From an uncultured Planctomycetales bacterium (GTDB lineage Bacteria; Omnitrophota; Gorgyraeia; Aquiviventales; Aquiviventaceae): a stretch of DNA of 61,396 nucleotides. The stretch covers positions 1 to 61,396 of the forward strand of contig CAZUWM010000003.1 in the NCBI GenBank assembly GCA_964624155.1, given 5' to 3'. Numbering within the stretch: the stretch's first letter is position 1; every line of letters starts with the position of its first letter. A program made the position numbers and the translations under genes. This document shows positions 1 to 7,812 of this stretch, piece after piece. The notes under the pieces are model-generated. The model was not told where the DNA came from. It was given only the letters and a program-made list of their open reading frames with translations, and did no database searches.

Positions 1-59
1 CGTGCTGCTGTTGACATACACCGGCATGCCGAAGATCTGCGAGATGGTGCGGAGGTGGA

Positions 60-1012
60 CAATGCGCTCCAGCTTCTGGTCAATCGCCTGGGCCAAGGCG
101 AAGGGATCCGTCCGTTCCCGGAGCCGTTGCAGCGCCGCCACCTTCACCGGATCGGCGTCGGGACAGGCCGCCACGCGATCCAGGGGGGTCTGTGGCGTGT
201 CGTAGACGCGCGTCAGCCGGGAACCGACACGCCCCTTCTTCGCGAGCTTCACCGAGGGGTGGGAGTCTCGTCGCGTTCCCAGGCGAGGAGCTTCCGGACG
301 TGGGTCCAGTTCTTCTGCTCGCTATGGGCGTTGTCATCCGCAGCGCGAAGGGCAAGCCCTGGCGGATCTCCTCCACGGCCGCCTCGATCCCCGCAGAGTC
401 TTTGCCGAGCACCGCACGGCTCTCCGTCCACGTCGTGTGGATGTCGGTCCGCGTGAGAGAGTGGAGGAACTCGCCGTCTGCACACGAGCCCGAGTGCGAG
501 ACGAGGTCGATCTCGGTCCAGCCCGGCGCGGTCACGTCCCAGTGGTCGGTCCTGATCGGGATGTGGTGCTTGAGCAACGTCCCCGGCTTGGTCCGGCCGT
601 AGAGCCGCCGCTTGAGGTGCGTCTTCTTCGCCTGCAAGCGCCGGTCGAGCTGGCGCGCACTGATCGAGCGCACCTCCTGCTCCACGGCGGGCGTCAGGGC
701 GAACCGCTGGCGGATCCAGGGCAGCCACAGGGGTACGAGCGCCTTCAGGCGCACCGACCAGGGGGAGCCCGCCGCGACCCACACCTGCGGGAGGATCGAG
801 ACGGCCTGCGAGCTGTGGCGGGCAGGCCGGCGGCGGCGCCCCCTGGGAGGGCGCGCCGGCGGCGGGCCGTTGAGCAGCCGGATCGCGTACTTGCGATGGT
901 ACTCGCAGACCTGGCAGCACTCGTCCAAGATGCGCGACTTCTCGGCCGGTGCAGCCCGCTGGTAGCGGGCGTAGATGGCGCAGAGGTATTCCCATTTGGC
1001 GCGTCGGCTCAT
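60..1012 (-). pseudogene. Degraded rve/DDE integrase-type transposase (ISNCY-like) with two internal deletions/frameshifts
   Basis: Typical N-terminus (KSRILDE..YHRKYAIRLL, GWTEIDLVSHSG). After LPFALR it shifts frame to DDNAHSEQKNWTHVRK (~340), then shifts again to PSVKLAKKGRVGSRLTRVYDTPQTPL (~255). Confidence 0.85.
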
Positions 1013-1031
1013 GATGCAACCCTCCTGGTGT

Positions 1032-1090
1032 CGGGTTACATCTTAGATGGCGCGACGATAGGGTCACGGGTAACATTTTAGACGGCGCGA
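1032..1090. repeat. Two 24-bp imperfect direct repeats at the IS 5' end (probable transposase binding sites)
   Basis: cgggttacatcttagatggcgcga (1032-1055) vs cgggtaacattttagacggcgcga (1067-1090), 21/24 identical, just upstream of the transposase ATG. Confidence 0.65.
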
Positions 1091-1139
1091 TACGGGGTTT
1101 GGTTTTTCTGCAGGAGGTTTGTGCTATACTAGCAGCGCC

Positions 1140-1586
1140 ATGACGAACAAGCCCACGTACCAACGAAAACGCCTGCTGGTCGATCCTTCCTATCAGCTTG
1201 CCTTCTTTATGAAACTGTTCGGAACGATCGTCGCGGTGGGGGCCATCAGCGCCTTTCTCGCCATCGCGATCGCCTACCGCAATCTCTCCAGACCAGAGCT
1301 AGCGGAGCAGCCGCTCCTCCATGGCGCGCTGATTGGGATCATCCTCGCCCTCTTCATCAACCTCATCATCGCCATCCCCGTTGCGTACTACCTCGGCCTG
1401 CGCCAAAGCCATCGAGTGATCGGACCGCTGGGACGGCTCGCCAGGTTGCTTGAGGCGGTCGGTCGAGGAGAATCCGCGAACGGCTTCAGTTTCAGAAAGG
1501 CCGACGTCCTCAAATCGCTCGAGGCGGCCATCAACCAGATGGCCCGCGACCTCGCACGTCGCTTTCAGCATCCCCCTCGCCCATGA
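1140..1586 (+). CDS. Two-TM membrane protein with HAMP-like C-terminus
   Basis: Two hydrophobic helices, then GPLGRLARLLEAVGRG..FRKAD..L..AINQM (HAMP-like). Stop overlaps the next ATG. Confidence 0.7.
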   Translation: MTNKPTYQRKRLLVDPSYQLAFFMKLFGTIVAVGAISAFLAIAIAYRNLSRPELAEQPLLHGALIGIILALFINLIIAIPVAYYLGLRQSHRVIGPLGRLARLLEAVGRGESANGFSFRKADVLKSLEAAINQMARDLARRFQHPPRP

Positions 1587-2317
1587 AGTTGGAAGGCGCT
1601 GTGGCCCTCATCACCGGAGGCGCCAAGCGTGTCGGTCGGTCGATCGCCCTCGCCCTTGCACAGCGCGGCGCGCACATCGTCATCACCTACCACACCTCCC
1701 ACCATGACGCACACACCACCCTGTCACGCTTGCAGGCGTACTCGACCCATGCGCAGGCGTTCCGCGCCGACGTGTCCCGCGCACCAGTCATCAAACGAGT
1801 CATCACCCACATCGAACGGAGGTTTGGGCGATTGGATATTCTCGTCAACAATGCGGCGATCTTTGAACGAACCCCCTTCACGACCCTCACAGAGCGCGAC
1901 TGGGATGCCCACCTGGATACGAATCTGAAAGGTCCGTTTCTCTGCGCCCTCGCTGCCAGTCGGCTCATGCGAAGGAGGGGTGCCGGCAAGATCATTAACA
2001 TCGCGGATTGGGCCGGTGAGCGGCCCTACCGCGATTACCTGCCTTACTGCGTCTCGAAAGCCGGCGTCATTGCGCTGACGAAAGCCCTCGCCAAAGAATT
2101 GGCCCCCTCAATCCAGGTGGTCGCCATCGCCCCAGGGCCGATCCTGCCGTCTCCGAATGACACGCCGGCCCAGCGGCGTCGAGCCGTCCGACGCCTGCCG
2201 CTGCAACGCTGGGGTTCGCCGGAGGACATCGCCAATGCCGTCGTGTTCGCGATCGAAGGCACCGACTTCATGACCGGCTCCGTGATGTATGTGGATGGAG
2301 GAAGGCTGATTGCCTAA
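1583..2317 (+). CDS. SDR family oxidoreductase, pteridine reductase (FolM/PTR1-like)
   Basis: TGGAKRVG, LVNNAA, YCVSK (YxxxK), IAPGPIL; adjacent to queD. Confidence 0.85.
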   Translation: MKLEGAVALITGGAKRVGRSIALALAQRGAHIVITYHTSHHDAHTTLSRLQAYSTHAQAFRADVSRAPVIKRVITHIERRFGRLDILVNNAAIFERTPFTTLTERDWDAHLDTNLKGPFLCALAASRLMRRRGAGKIINIADWAGERPYRDYLPYCVSKAGVIALTKALAKELAPSIQVVAIAPGPILPSPNDTPAQRRRAVRRLPLQRWGSPEDIANAVVFAIEGTDFMTGSVMYVDGGRLIA

Positions 2318-2330
2318 ACACCAATCGCTC

Positions 2331-2732
2331 ATGTATCGCGTGACGAAAGTCATTCACTTCTGCTACGGTCATCGCCTCCTGAACTACCAGGGCACATGCC
2401 GCTACCTCCACGGGCACAACGGCAAGGTGGAGATTGAACTCGAGGCCCGCCAACTCGACCGGCGGGGGATGGTGCGGGATTTCAGCGAGATGAGATACAA
2501 GCTTCAGGGGTGGATCGACGCCCATCTTGACCACAAAATGATCCTCCATCATGATGATCCCGCGCTGGCAGCGCTGCGTAAGATGAAGGAACCGGTCTAC
2601 GTGATGGAAAGGAATCCGACGGCCGAGAACTTGGCCCAGTTGCTGTTTGAGCAGGCGAAACGGTTAGGGTTCCCTGTGCGGGCTGTGCGACTGTGGGAAA
2701 CCGCCTCGTCGTTCGCCACCTATCAGCGCTAG
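2331..2732 (+). CDS. queD: 6-carboxy-5,6,7,8-tetrahydropterin synthase (PTPS family)
   Basis: FCYGHRL, CRYLHGHN, LDHK, PTAENLA, WETASS motifs. Confidence 0.9.
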   Translation: MYRVTKVIHFCYGHRLLNYQGTCRYLHGHNGKVEIELEARQLDRRGMVRDFSEMRYKLQGWIDAHLDHKMILHHDDPALAALRKMKEPVYVMERNPTAENLAQLLFEQAKRLGFPVRAVRLWETASSFATYQR

Positions 2733-3943
2733 CGGTTCGTCGAATCGGCCGAGAGTTGTGCGCGTAGTTGGTCGAGCACCGGTTGGAGGACCTCTTTGAA
2801 GGAGGGTGAGGCGTATCGGATCGCCTGCTCTAAATCGTCCGAAGCCCCTTGGCGATCACCGAGTTTCAACCGGGCGGCCGCCCGGTCGTGATACACTTCA
2901 ACCGCTGAGGGATTCAGTTCGAGCGCTTTCGTATAATCCGCAAGGGCTCCATCCACATCGCCCTGGCGACCCTTCAGGATCCCACGAGTGTAGTAGACCG
3001 CCCATGTCTCTTCTTCCGGATACTCTGCGGTCAGTTCGATCACCTTGGTGTAATCCGCGATCGCTCCGCTCACCTCCCCGATCTTCTGAAGGACATCAGC
3101 TCGTTGCAGATAGACCTCAATCGCCTCCCCATCCGCTTCTAAGGCTTTGGCGTAATCAGCCAACGCCCCCTCTCGATCGCCCTGCGTGAGACGGACGTTC
3201 CCCCGCCCAACATACGCGCGAAATTCGTCGGGTGCCAGCTCGATGGCTTTGGTGTAATCCGCGAGGGCTTCTTCCAATTGTCCCGCGTGTTGATGGGCAA
3301 CCGCTCGACCGCGATAGGCGTCTTCGTTCTCCCGAAGTTCCACCTGTCGCGTGTAATCCGCAAGGGCTCCCTCGACATCGCCTTGCTCCAGTCGGACAGC
3401 CGCTCGATTGCCATACGCGAGATCGAGGTACGGATCGAGCTCGATGGCCTTGGTGTAATCCGCCATCGCCCCCGCGAGATCGTCTGTTCGTTTCAAGGCG
3501 TTGCCTCGATTGCGATACGGCTCGGCTTCCTCCGGCTCCAGCTCGATGGCTTTCGAGAAATCGACGATCGCGGATGCTGTTTCGCCGCGTTGCAACTGGA
3601 CGAGTCCTCGGTTGCGATACGCCGACACAAAGGCTGGATTCAACTCGATGGCTCTGGTGAAATCCTGCAGCGCTTCCTCGAGCTGCCCTTGATACGCATA
3701 CGCGACCCCGCGACCATGGTGGGCTTCGGCGTAGGTCGGATCGCGCTCGATGGCCTTGGTGTAGTTGGCAATCGCCTCCTCGAATTGATCGATGTCCTGG
3801 TATCCCACCCCGAAGACGTAATACGTCTGCGCATCGTCATCATCCGCCCGGCACAGATGACACAGAGACAGAGCAAACACACCACAGAGTACACAGATAA
3901 CACAGAGAATTTTTCTGTACCCTCTGTGGTGTGTTGTTCTCAT
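2729..3943 (-). CDS. Secreted tetratricopeptide-repeat protein
   Basis: About ten TPR units (A..NRG..A.ADYTKAIEL.P); hydrophobic Cys-rich N-terminus. Confidence 0.9.
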   Translation of the reverse strand: MRTTHHRGYRKILCVICVLCGVFALSLCHLCRADDDDAQTYYVFGVGYQDIDQFEEAIANYTKAIERDPTYAEAHHGRGVAYAYQGQLEEALQDFTRAIELNPAFVSAYRNRGLVQLQRGETASAIVDFSKAIELEPEEAEPYRNRGNALKRTDDLAGAMADYTKAIELDPYLDLAYGNRAAVRLEQGDVEGALADYTRQVELRENEDAYRGRAVAHQHAGQLEEALADYTKAIELAPDEFRAYVGRGNVRLTQGDREGALADYAKALEADGEAIEVYLQRADVLQKIGEVSGAIADYTKVIELTAEYPEEETWAVYYTRGILKGRQGDVDGALADYTKALELNPSAVEVYHDRAAARLKLGDRQGASDDLEQAIRYASPSFKEVLQPVLDQLRAQLSADSTNR

Positions 3944-3960
3944 CTCTGTGATCTCTGTGA
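3851..3960. repeat. CACAGA/TCTGTG palindromic repeat element, copy in the TPR gene 5' end
   Basis: Multiple CACAGA units followed by multiple TCTGTG units; shares ttctgtaccctctgtgg with 37819-37835. Confidence 0.75.
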
Positions 3961-4800
3961 CTTACGGCGGAGGAGATCGGTGGCGGCGCGGCTGCCTTCG
4001 CTCAGCAGGGAGCCCATTTTCGGGTGGCTGGGCTCGAAATCAACCGGCACGTCGTGTCGCGTCAGCGCTTCAGAACAAATCGGACCCACTGAGGCGACGA
4101 CAACGCGTCGTCGAACGGCCGCTCGCAACGTGGCGTCCATCTCCATCTCGCGAGCGACGTGCATCAGGTGATCGACTTGGGTCGCTGAGGTGAACAGCAA
4201 CACATCGGCCTGCCCGTGGCAGATGGCGCGAATCGCCTCTCGAAGCGGACCCGTGTCTTCGGGAAGGGCCCACCGATAGACCGGCACGCGCATCACCTCG
4301 GCTCCGCGCGTCTTCAATCCCTGAAGGAGCTCGTCGTTTGTGACGCCATATTCCTGCACCGCCACCCGCTTGCCCTGCACCGGGCACTGGCTGTCCAATG
4401 TCGTCAAGATATCGCGCCAGGTATTGGGCTCCGGGACGGCAATCGTGGGTTTGAGTCCGACCTCTCCCAACGCAATGATGGGTTTTGGGCCGCGCACCAC
4501 CAGGGTCACGCGACCCAGCGCCTGGATAATCTGCTCGTTGGGATACGTCGTGGCGAGGGCTGCGATGAGGGTACGTGTGCCGACCCCGGTCAGGAGGATC
4601 ACGACATCAAGCGAGCCATTGAACAGGCGCGTGGCGAAGGCCAGGGCTTCGTGCTGATCCGTAAGCGGCACTTCCCGCATCGAGGGCGCAACGAACGGCT
4701 CGCCCCCAAATCGACGAATCAGCCGATGCATGTCTTCTGCCCGTCGGCTTTCAAACGCCACGACCCTCAACCCACCGAAATCAGTCGCCGTCGTCATCAC
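3940..4800 (-). CDS. hemD: Uroporphyrinogen-III synthase
   Basis: VAFESRRA, LTGVG, RGPKP, VYRW, FTSATQV, SVGPICSEAL, HPKMG. Confidence 0.85.
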   Translation of the reverse strand: MMTTATDFGGLRVVAFESRRAEDMHRLIRRFGGEPFVAPSMREVPLTDQHEALAFATRLFNGSLDVVILLTGVGTRTLIAALATTYPNEQIIQALGRVTLVVRGPKPIIALGEVGLKPTIAVPEPNTWRDILTTLDSQCPVQGKRVAVQEYGVTNDELLQGLKTRGAEVMRVPVYRWALPEDTGPLREAIRAICHGQADVLLFTSATQVDHLMHVAREMEMDATLRAAVRRRVVVASVGPICSEALTRHDVPVDFEPSHPKMGSLLSEGSRAATDLLRRKSQRSQR

Positions 4801-5155
4801 CCGTCACCCGTGTCCGAGTCACCTCGACGCTGGCGGAGTCAATGGTGGGTACGGCCCGTTTGGTGACACGCACCGTCACTCGAGGCGTGGGGAACTCCTG
4901 CAGAACGACCGCCGCGATCTCCTCAGCGACCGTCTCGAGCAAGCGATGGGCCTGTCCTTGGACATGGCGGCTCACCACTCCTACCACGGCCGCGTAGTCA
5001 ATCGCCTCCCGGACGTCATCATGGGCCGCGGCACGTGCGGCATCAATCGCCAATTCCAGATCAATCCCAATCCGCTGGGGCGCGGCGCGTTCCGCCTCGG
5101 TGACCCCGATCCGACACGGCACCACCAACCCGTTAAGGCACAGCTTATCGTTCAT
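4781..5155 (-). CDS. folB: Dihydroneopterin aldolase
   Basis: IGVTEAER..PQRIGIDLEL, IDYA, LLETVAE, VRVTK. Confidence 0.9.
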   Translation of the reverse strand: MNDKLCLNGLVVPCRIGVTEAERAAPQRIGIDLELAIDAARAAAHDDVREAIDYAAVVGVVSRHVQGQAHRLLETVAEEIAAVVLQEFPTPRVTVRVTKRAVPTIDSASVEVTRTRVTGDDDGD

Positions 5156-5690
5156 TGAGGAGCCGGCTGAGCACCGCGGTGAGGTTCGATTCCAGCCCTC
5201 CGCGATACCCGCTTTTGTCGTACACGATCCGTCCCTCCTGATCGATCACAAACAACCGGGGGATGCTGTGGACCCCGTACAGCCTCGCCACCTGAAACTC
5301 TCGGTCGAGCAGAATCGGCGCCGTGAACCGCTTCTCCGCCCACCGCTGGATGGTTTCGGCGGTTTCTCCCTGGTTGATAAGCAGGACCACGACACCCCTG
5401 TTGCGAAACATTCGGTAGATGACTTCTAACGAGGGAGTCGAGTACCGACACGGCCCACACCAGGTCGCCCAAAACTCCATGACCACGACTCGGCCTCGGT
5501 ACTCCGACAGGCGGACGGTCTCACCCCTCAGCGTCTGGAGGTCAAACTCTGGCGCGGCCGGACGAGGGTCAAGCGGCGTCCAGTCTGACATCTCTGGAGC
5601 GCACCCAACCACCAACCACGCGAGTGCTACGATCAACCAAGTCTTGCAAACGCAAAGTCGCAGGAATCTAGGAAAACTGGAATGGTCCAC
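5145..5690 (-). CDS. TlpA/ResA-type thiol-disulfide reductase (lipoprotein)
   Basis: FWATWCGPC thioredoxin motif, SIPR cis-Pro loop, lipobox VVGC. Confidence 0.9.
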   Translation of the reverse strand: MDHSSFPRFLRLCVCKTWLIVALAWLVVGCAPEMSDWTPLDPRPAAPEFDLQTLRGETVRLSEYRGRVVVMEFWATWCGPCRYSTPSLEVIYRMFRNRGVVVLLINQGETAETIQRWAEKRFTAPILLDREFQVARLYGVHSIPRLFVIDQEGRIVYDKSGYRGGLESNLTAVLSRLLNER

Positions 5691-5698
5691 TTTCTTCC

Positions 5699-6514
5699 CT
5701 ACCCACTGATGATATCTCGTGGGTTTATTCTCCTACCCTCAGAAGGCTGAACCTTTTTCCAGAGATCAGGAAAATAAGTCGATGTCCTGGTTAGAATCCC
5801 GCTTTTCGTATCCGTGATCGGTTCCAACCTAAATGGCCTTGAGGCCCAAGTCGCATCTTTTGCAAGCGGATAGTATTTGAGTTGCCCGCCTGATTCTCCA
5901 TACCACTCGAAAAGCGTGCCATGTTTGTCATCGCCTTTCAGGCAGCGTGTGGTAGAAAAGTACCACTTCAATGTCTCGGCTTTTGGTAAGGCGATCTTGA
6001 ACTGATGCAATTGATACAGGCCTTGCCTGTTCCACGATAGCACAAGATAAAAGCTCTTTTGGAGGTTAATAATCCCGCCACGCTGCGCGCTGACCGCTTC
6101 ATGCCAGCTTTCCACCAGATCGATCAGTTCCTTGCCAACAAGTTTTGGTCTTTTCAAGTAGGTTTTCGGGGTCATCCCTTGTGCCCCAAGTTGTCTCCAA
6201 AATTTTCCTGCTGAGTTCGAAAGCTCAAAAGAAACTCGTCCTGTTGTCACCAGCTTGTTTAGCTCTCGCCTCATCTTACAGGCAACTCCAAACCTGACTG
6301 TAGAATCGACTGCGATCGGAACGATGACATCAAAAATTGATTTGTTTTCCTGCGCTTCGCCAGAGAAAACGACGGCAACCGTACGCTCAAAATCTCTCCA
6401 GCCTGGCAGAGTTAAGCCGCCCTTCTGGGTCAGCATGCCTGAGCCATCCTGGTAGACGCTCAGTATCAGTCGAATTCGCTCAACTTCTTTCTCGGTAGGT
6501 ATTCTGAAATCCAT
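5699..6514 (-). CDS. Putative type II restriction endonuclease (PD-(D/E)xK-like)
   Basis: WRDFER...FDV...GVACK resembles a nuclease core; lies behind an HTH gene and opposite a DNA MTase; AT-richer than flanks. Confidence 0.6.
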   Translation of the reverse strand: MDFRIPTEKEVERIRLILSVYQDGSGMLTQKGGLTLPGWRDFERTVAVVFSGEAQENKSIFDVIVPIAVDSTVRFGVACKMRRELNKLVTTGRVSFELSNSAGKFWRQLGAQGMTPKTYLKRPKLVGKELIDLVESWHEAVSAQRGGIINLQKSFYLVLSWNRQGLYQLHQFKIALPKAETLKWYFSTTRCLKGDDKHGTLFEWYGESGGQLKYYPLAKDATWASRPFRLEPITDTKSGILTRTSTYFPDLWKKVQPSEGRRINPRDIISG

Positions 6515-6518
6515 GCCC

Positions 6519-6767
6519 TCAACGCTTTAGCTTCAACTCATCACGTAAAAGCTGATCAATGGTCACACCGAAAAAGTCTGCAACTTTTAACACCAGATCC
6601 ACAGTAGGCTTTTTCTTGCCAGATTCGATCTCGCTGAGGTATCCGTGCGCTGAGTAACCAAGTTTCCGTGCAAGGTCTTTGAGAGTTAGCCGCCTTTGCA
6701 GGCGAAGCGAACGGAGTTTCTCACCAAATTTTCGTATCGTTCTGTCCCTCGAAATCCCTCTTGACAT
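6519..6767 (-). CDS. XRE-family HTH protein, probable R-M controller (C) protein
   Basis: FGEKLRSLR..RLTLKDLA..GYLSEIESGKKKPTVD; directly upstream of the putative REase. Confidence 0.8.
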   Translation of the reverse strand: MSRGISRDRTIRKFGEKLRSLRLQRRLTLKDLARKLGYSAHGYLSEIESGKKKPTVDLVLKVADFFGVTIDQLLRDELKLKR

Positions 6768-6806
6768 CCAAAACCAAATTTGCTATTCTGTCTCTAATAG
6801 AGACAG
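6761..6806 (+). promoter_or_regulatory. Sigma70 promoter of the MTase overlapped by an 8-bp inverted repeat (candidate C-box/operator)
   Basis: TTGACA(6761)-N17-TATTCT(6784) with TGn; CTGTCTCT-aat-AGAGACAG at 6788-6806. Confidence 0.65.
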
Positions 6807-6834
6807 CCTTTTGAACACTCGGAAATTAGAGCAG

Positions 6835-7788
6835 ATGGAAATTGTGACCTCCCACCGCCGTCGTAAGCCGATCAACAGCCCATTGAAGTGGGTAGGCGGT
6901 AAATCGCGTTTACGGAAAGCTATCATCAGCTTACTTCCCGATCATACCTGCTATGTGGAACCCTTCGCCGGAGCCGCCTGGGTACTTTTTGGTAAATCTC
7001 CAAGCGATGTCGAGATCTTGAACGATATCGACCAAGAATTGATTACGTTCTTTCGCGTCGTTAAAGAACGACCCGACGATCTCATAGCTTCTTTTGAGTG
7101 GGAACTTGTTTCGAGGGCAGAGTTTGAAAGACTCGCCAATCTCGACCCTCAGACGCTTGACCCTATGCAGCGGGCGCATAGATTTTACTACCTCATTATG
7201 GCAGGATGGGGCGGTGAATTGAACTATCCTCGTTTTGCCACAAGCATCACCGATGGTGGGCATGGCAACCGTCTCATCGGCGCACTCAAGACCTTGCGTG
7301 CTCGTTTGGAACCTGTCTATGAACGACTCAAAACCGTTATCATTGAAAACCTAGACTGGCAGGAGTGTGTGGATCGTTACGATCGTCCTGGTACGCTTTT
7401 ATACCTTGATCCACCCTACCCTGGTAACGGCTGTAACTATGCTCATAATATGCGTTCTTGGGACGCTCATGAGAAGTTAATTGAGAGACTCAAGCAAACT
7501 CGGGCGAAATGGATTTTATCGTCCTACGACATACCAGAAATGCGCGGTTTCTTCTCTGATCATTTCATCGTTTCTGTCAGATCGTCATCGGGAATGAAGG
7601 TAAAGAAAAATGATAATTCGAGAGTCTTGAACGAGGAAATCCTGGTAACAAACTTTTCTCCCAAGACAAACTCACAGTATATTACCGCTCAGAATTCCCA
7701 GTTAACGTTGTCTTTGGGAGACGCCGTGGCGGAACCCGATTCGATTTATAGGGCTGGAAAAAAATTCTTCGTTCTCCAGCCTTCCTGA
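6835..7788 (+). CDS. DNA adenine methyltransferase, Dam/D12 class
   Basis: PLKWVGGKSRL, YVEPFAGAA, ILNDID, YLDPPY. Start chosen at ATG 6835 downstream of the promoter. Confidence 0.9.
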   Translation: MEIVTSHRRRKPINSPLKWVGGKSRLRKAIISLLPDHTCYVEPFAGAAWVLFGKSPSDVEILNDIDQELITFFRVVKERPDDLIASFEWELVSRAEFERLANLDPQTLDPMQRAHRFYYLIMAGWGGELNYPRFATSITDGGHGNRLIGALKTLRARLEPVYERLKTVIIENLDWQECVDRYDRPGTLLYLDPPYPGNGCNYAHNMRSWDAHEKLIERLKQTRAKWILSSYDIPEMRGFFSDHFIVSVRSSSGMKVKKNDNSRVLNEEILVTNFSPKTNSQYITAQNSQLTLSLGDAVAEPDSIYRAGKKFFVLQPS

Positions 7789-7812
7789 TTTCATTTGCTT
7801 CTCTCGCTTTTG

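Noticed and set aside
249-1163. 304-aa minus-strand ORF as a separate gene
   Set aside because: Alternative frame of the transposase; only its last ~25 aa match the transposase.
2729-3800. ~102-bp quasi-periodic DNA repeats
   Set aside because: Explained by TPR protein repeats.
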